Source: Gammaproteobacteria bacterium
Lineage (GTDB): Bacteria > Pseudomonadota > Gammaproteobacteria > JABABF01
Direction of reading: 5' to 3'
Assembly (NCBI GenBank): GCA_965237805.1
Contig: OZ250153.1
Location: forward strand, 1,504,001 to 1,568,000
Length of the DNA stretch: 64,000 bases
This document shows, piece by piece, positions 59,450 to 64,000 of this stretch. The notes beneath the pieces are model-generated. The model saw only the letters and a program-made list of their open reading frames with translations. It was not told the origin of the DNA and did no database searches. Position numbers and translations under genes: made by a program. Position 1 is the stretch's first letter. Each line of letters starts with the position of its first letter.

Positions 59450-61448
59450 GATCGCGCCGGGCGAGCATCGCCGCGGCGCGACGCTGTTTGAGATGGCCAT
59501 TGTGGTTGCTCTGATCGGCGCTATAGCCAGCCTGCATTTCGAGCGCGAGCAGGCAGCGGTGCGGCAGCAGATTGTCGGCAAAATGGCCGCCGAGCTGCAG
59601 CGGGTCTTGGATGCCGCCATGGCCTATCAGCTAGACCACGGCGAATGGCCGCTGGACAGCTGTAGCGCAGCGGCCTATGCCGCTGGCAGCCTGCGCGATT
59701 GCAATGGTGATGGGGACAGGCAATCAGACGATATCAATGGTGTGCGGCGGCTAGTCGACTCGGGTTATCTGCATGCTGGCGGCATTGCGATAGACGATGC
59801 TGGCACCCGCAACCTTGCCACTGCCCGCACGCTGATGGGGGCATCGCTCGTCATGCATCCGGTGCAGGAGATCGTGCCCGCCGCAGCCACCGATCTCGGT
59901 AGTGGGCGCTCGCTCTACCACACCACCGCCTATTGGCAGAGCTATCTGCCCGGCACGCTGGCGGCGACCAACAGCTCGCCTACGCTTGCGCCCGGGCTGC
60001 GGGTGCGCTATGCCTTGCCCCGAAGCGCCGGTTGGTCTTGCTACGCCCGCGAACTCGCTCACCATATCATCGGTGCCAAGCCGATCCGGCTCGCAGATCC
60101 GCTGCTGACGCCGCCCGCACCCACCGAACTCTCGCAGGAGCCGCAGCTGCCCATCAGTTTGGGCAATTGTCGGCAGCTGAATGCTGCGGGGGATGCCGAT
60201 GAGGCCTTTGCGGTTGAGGTGTTGCTGCGCCGCTGGCAGGAGTCGACGGCGACTGTCATGATTCCCTCCATTGACGGTCGCTTGCATGTCTCAGGACTAC
60301 GTCTGGGTGGGTCAACTGGCGTCCCGATGTGGCTGGAGGCAGCGGCTAGCGGTGAATTGCGGTTGCGCGCTGCCGTGCGCACCGCCAGCGATTTGCCGAC
60401 CACCGATGCGATGATTCAATTCGCCAAGGCCGACAACCATCCGACGGCACCGCGCGGCGGCATCGTCACCCTGCGCGGGGTCGACGAGGGGCATTTGGGC
60501 ATCATGTCGGGCTATGTGCCGGGTGGAGGGGATGCCGTGCGCCCTACCATCGACAGTGTGGGCAGCGATCATCGGCACTTGTCCTCGCTGGTCTTTGAGC
60601 GTCCCGACGGCAGCCACATTGGCATGCTGAGTGGCGATTTGCTGGGCTATGACAGATTCGTGTCCCCCGATGCGGCGATCTTTGGGGGCACTGCCGTGAC
60701 GCTGTCGGTTGGTGATGCGGCGCGCGCCAGCCGACACGCCGGTTGGCGTGCCGAGCTGCTGCATTACCCGGCCGGTCAAGTGCATGGCCTCGATGCTTCC
60801 CACTCGCTGATACAGCCGGATACCACTGGTCTGCGTCTCTACAATGTGGTCAAGTTTGAATATGCGGGTGTGCGCATCTACGGTGGGCGGATGACGATCA
60901 TGCCGGGCAATACTTTCTACGCCGGATTTAACTCAGGCGCACAACGTTACTTCACCATGGACTCCGCCGATAACCCCCCCGTCTCCGCTGAGACCGAGGC
61001 TTATCAACATCCTGGAGAGGGTGTTCAAGTCAATCGATTGACGGTCTACAGAGATTTGGTCTACGATCCGCCTGATACAACATTGCTTTCTGCCGGTGTG
61101 GTGCGGCCCGCGGGGCTCGGTGGCTCTGCCAAGCGCGTACCGCTGGTCGGTGCTGGTGCACCACACGACAACTATCCAGCTAATTTCATCATGCGCCCTG
61201 CTACCGGCATCTACCTGCGAACCAACGGTCACCGTCTCACACTGGATCTCGTGGGAAAGAATCTAGAGCTGCACGAGGCCTCTATCAGTCTGCACGGTCT
61301 CGACGCCACTCGCATCGACTTCGCTGTCACCGGTGCCGATGCACCCTTTGAGCAGTCTGCTGCCACGGTTCAAGTGCTCAACGGTGGCATCCAGGATCTG
61401 CGCACCCTCCGCTGTGCTGGCTCCGCTACGCAATGCCCCACCCCATGA
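59436..61448 (+). CDS. Giant pilin-headed protein 2 (putative tip adhesin)
   Basis: HRRG|ATLFEMAIVV, ELQRVLDAAMAYQLDHGEWPL, DCNGDG loop, C-terminal LRCAGSATQCP. Confidence 0.7.
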   Translation: MVAPKIAPGEHRRGATLFEMAIVVALIGAIASLHFEREQAAVRQQIVGKMAAELQRVLDAAMAYQLDHGEWPLDSCSAAAYAAGSLRDCNGDGDRQSDDINGVRRLVDSGYLHAGGIAIDDAGTRNLATARTLMGASLVMHPVQEIVPAAATDLGSGRSLYHTTAYWQSYLPGTLAATNSSPTLAPGLRVRYALPRSAGWSCYARELAHHIIGAKPIRLADPLLTPPAPTELSQEPQLPISLGNCRQLNAAGDADEAFAVEVLLRRWQESTATVMIPSIDGRLHVSGLRLGGSTGVPMWLEAAASGELRLRAAVRTASDLPTTDAMIQFAKADNHPTAPRGGIVTLRGVDEGHLGIMSGYVPGGGDAVRPTIDSVGSDHRHLSSLVFERPDGSHIGMLSGDLLGYDRFVSPDAAIFGGTAVTLSVGDAARASRHAGWRAELLHYPAGQVHGLDASHSLIQPDTTGLRLYNVVKFEYAGVRIYGGRMTIMPGNTFYAGFNSGAQRYFTMDSADNPPVSAETEAYQHPGEGVQVNRLTVYRDLVYDPPDTTLLSAGVVRPAGLGGSAKRVPLVGAGAPHDNYPANFIMRPATGIYLRTNGHRLTLDLVGKNLELHEASISLHGLDATRIDFAVTGADAPFEQSAATVQVLNGGIQDLRTLRCAGSATQCPTP

Positions 61449-63535
61449 GACAGCGCCGAGCTCAGGCCATGTCCCCGAGCTGCGACACGCAGCCCCGTCG
61501 TCGCGCCTCGGCAGCGTGCGGGGCGACTTTGGTCGAGCTATCCCTGGTGGTGACGGTGTTGGCGCTTTTCTTTGCCCTGGATCTGCAGTCGCGCCGAGAG
61601 GATCGGCTGTTCTATCTCGCCGACTTGGCGGCCGCCGAGCTGAATGAGATCGTCTCGGCCTCGCTGTCCTATAGGACCAACACCGGCAAGTGGCCACTGG
61701 ATCACTGTGCTGAAGACTATCTGTTGCCCCCGTCGCCGCCCTCTCCCCTGAGTAGCAACTGCGACGGCGATAGCGGAGGCTTAATCGACGAAAACGACCT
61801 CTCCGGTGTGCGGCGTCTCTTCAGAGAGGGCTATATTCCGCTGAGCGATTGGCGCACCGAGCTGTCATCGACCGATGCCCCCATGGGCGGTAGCCGAGCC
61901 CTGTCGCTCAACTCCGTGCTCGGTGGTCGCCTGTTATTGCAGCCAGTGCCGACGACGGGGACGACTTCTTGGACCTTGCTGCCCACCGGTATGTCATATG
62001 CAGCTCTCGCCACCAGTATCGACAGTCCCGCCGAGCTCGATGCCCTCGTCTCCCGCCAAGGTTTGCGCCTGTGGATGGCACTGCCTGTGCCCTTTGCCTG
62101 CATGGCGCGCTATATCTCCGGCTTGGTGCCGTCTTCGCGCGTCCTCGTCGACGGCACGCCCATCGTCGACGGCATGCCGCTCGCCGGCATGCGTACCATC
62201 GCTGGCGTGCAGACCGCCTCGTGTCCCCAAGCTGGCAATGTCAGCGTTGAAATCCTGCGTCGCAACGCGCCCTATACCCGCTCGGAGGATGCCTTGGTGG
62301 CCGGGGGTGTGGATACCGATGTCGAGCTGGGGACGGTACTGCGGGTTGAACGCTTGATTATCGGCGACAATGTCAGCCTTGATGCCCCCGGTAACCGCAT
62401 CTTTTTCGAGGCGGAGAACACTTATAGCCCCTACTATGGGGTATTGCGTTTGGCTCCCTACGGCCTCAGCTCTACTGAGGCCACGACCGTGGAGACTGCC
62501 ATACAATTCGCACGTTCGTCCGTGGATACAACAGCGCCATCGGGCGGTTTGGCGGTGTTGGCTGCGCGCCCTGGAGGCGGCCCCCAAGCGACAGAATGTT
62601 GCGTTGAGCACTACCGCCTGGTCCCCGGCGACAGCACATCCCCCGCCTCCGGCATAGACTACTTCCCCTTCGGTGTGGCACCCTATAGTCCGCTGGATCG
62701 CAATTGGCAGAACAATGTGCTGATCATGCGTCCCGGTGCGCGTGCCGATCTGGCCACCAATACCGAGCTCGAGCTGCAAGATGCCAACACCCGTGAGATT
62801 GCACTCAGCTTGGAGATGCTGTCTAAATATCGCCAATACCCCAGCTCGATCGACGCGGGACAGCGTGCTTTCGGGCAGCCGCAGGGGCTGACTTACCACG
62901 GTGCCAGATCGGTCTCCGGGCGGGCTTCTGGTGTCGCTTTTGCTGTTCCAAGAGACTCGGTACAGACTGACATAGAGCTGGTGATCGGCGGTCTACCTGT
63001 GGCGAGTGGTGCCAATCAGGGTCTGCGTCACCGCAGCGCCTTCGACTTGTACAACAATCCGGCGGTACTCATGGGGCCGAGCACGCTATTGCGATACGAC
63101 CATTCCTATGTGGCCAACCTTTTCCTTGGCGACACCGACCTCATTCTCGGCTACGGACCGCGTTATTGGCGGTGGGATCCCTTGGGTTATCGAGATGCCG
63201 CGACGCCCTACCAGACCGCCTTGGACACACCACCGGATACGATTTGGTTGGATGAGGATTATGGGTTGATCAATTTCCAGCATAGTTTTACCAATATATA
63301 TTTTCAACGGCCCACCCGTCTGCTGGGCGTGGATTTCATCGACACAGGATACGCTTCGCTTCACCTCAATGATTCGATCCCACTGAAGATCGGGCGGGAA
63401 AACAGCGGTAGTAGCGCCACCCACACGCTGGCGAGTGATGCCATCATTGAGGGACGTAATATCACCGATCTTTCGTGCCTGCAGTGCACCGACAGCACTC
63501 GATGTCCCGCCGATGCCTCGGCCACTGCCTGTTGA
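61445..63535 (+). CDS. Giant pilin-headed protein 3 (putative tip adhesin)
   Basis: CG|ATLVELSLVV, ELNEIVSASLSYRTNTGKWPL, NCDGD loop, C-terminal CLQCTDSTRCP; ATGA overlap with the previous gene. Confidence 0.7.
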   Translation: MRQRRAQAMSPSCDTQPRRRASAACGATLVELSLVVTVLALFFALDLQSRREDRLFYLADLAAAELNEIVSASLSYRTNTGKWPLDHCAEDYLLPPSPPSPLSSNCDGDSGGLIDENDLSGVRRLFREGYIPLSDWRTELSSTDAPMGGSRALSLNSVLGGRLLLQPVPTTGTTSWTLLPTGMSYAALATSIDSPAELDALVSRQGLRLWMALPVPFACMARYISGLVPSSRVLVDGTPIVDGMPLAGMRTIAGVQTASCPQAGNVSVEILRRNAPYTRSEDALVAGGVDTDVELGTVLRVERLIIGDNVSLDAPGNRIFFEAENTYSPYYGVLRLAPYGLSSTEATTVETAIQFARSSVDTTAPSGGLAVLAARPGGGPQATECCVEHYRLVPGDSTSPASGIDYFPFGVAPYSPLDRNWQNNVLIMRPGARADLATNTELELQDANTREIALSLEMLSKYRQYPSSIDAGQRAFGQPQGLTYHGARSVSGRASGVAFAVPRDSVQTDIELVIGGLPVASGANQGLRHRSAFDLYNNPAVLMGPSTLLRYDHSYVANLFLGDTDLILGYGPRYWRWDPLGYRDAATPYQTALDTPPDTIWLDEDYGLINFQHSFTNIYFQRPTRLLGVDFIDTGYASLHLNDSIPLKIGRENSGSSATHTLASDAIIEGRNITDLSCLQCTDSTRCPADASATAC

Positions 63536-63555
63536 GTGGCTTGCACCGAGCTGCC

Positions 63556-63584
63556 TTGCACTGGCTCTGTTCTTGTGATATTCT
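63556..63584 (+). promoter_or_regulatory. Putative sigma70 promoter
   Basis: TTGCAC-N17-TATTCT with extended -10 TG in an AT-rich spacer. Confidence 0.45.
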
Positions 63585-63799
63585 AGAGGAATACACGTTT
63601 TAGTTTGTTTGCAATATCGTCTAACAGGCCATTGTTCGCTGAGAATTTTAGCGCCGTTGCCGAGCAAACGGACAGGGTGGCGGCTGTTCAGATCGATTCG
63701 CAGCTGCTCAGCGTGGCCTTGGTTTCAAAACGCAGGTGGCTATTTGGAGGTGTTGGGGTGGTAGGGCTTGGGAGACAGCGGATCATGCAGGGGGAGCCT

Positions 63800-64000
63800 A
63801 TGCATAGCCGGTGGTGGAGATTGACAGCCGCACCGCGCCCGTTGTGGTCGGGTTCGGGCGTGTTGCTCGCCACGGCCACGGTCGTTCTGATGCTCGGGGG
63901 CTGTTCCTCGCTCGGCTCTGGGGTCGGATTGTGGAATCGTGCCACAACGCCCAGCACTGAGACTGATGCCGTCGCGCTGAACAGCTTGGCATCGGTCGCC
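63800..64000 (+). CDS. Lipoprotein, truncated by the window edge (candidate PilN-like secretin or PilL)
   Basis: Not in the ORF track. GGGGAG RBS, then MHSRWWR...VLLATATVVLMLGG|CSS lipobox; frame open to the end. Confidence 0.55.
   Translation, partial: MHSRWWRLTAAPRPLWSGSGVLLATATVVLMLGGCSSLGSGVGLWNRATTPSTETDAVALNSLASVA

Noticed and set aside
56798-64000. Shufflon or DGR-type diversification of the giant pilins
   Set aside because: No recombinase, reverse transcriptase, inverted cassettes or near-identical nucleotide repeats seen; each gene is complete and they are anciently diverged. Sequence beyond the window is unseen.

Overview
High-GC gammaproteobacterial chromosome segment; fast-diverging, Ala/Arg/Cys-rich housekeeping proteins and eroded gene order suggest a host-associated lineage (inference). 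Positions 1-49.9 kb are mostly core genes: nhaP-like, glutamate synthase-like, glnA, thiI, dtd, rpoD with tRNA-Ile(CAT), oxoprolinase, apbC, dcd, purMN, hda, cysC-sat, alaS, gyrA-serC-pheA-hisC-tyrA-aroA-cmk-rpsA-ihfB, rluC, sppA, yceD-rpmF-fabD-fabG. From about 50 kb to the end, where acpP normally follows fabG, lies an unusual type IVb-like pilus locus. It encodes a PilP-like protein, an ATPase with altered motifs, a platform protein, a major pilin, a PilD homolog apparently lacking both catalytic aspartates, a minor pilin, and three tandem giant (670-880 aa) pilin-headed proteins that share a Ca-binding-type loop and a C-terminal Cys motif; a lipoprotein is cut off by the window edge. Other oddities: a fused DnaT-like/lambda-P-like protein, a TyrA with a rearranged C-terminal domain, an rpoD stop codon inside the tRNA gene, PheA without its ESRP feedback motif, an expanded AlaRS and a sulfur-oxidiser-type Sat paired with CysC. 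All calls are by eye from motifs; no searches were run.
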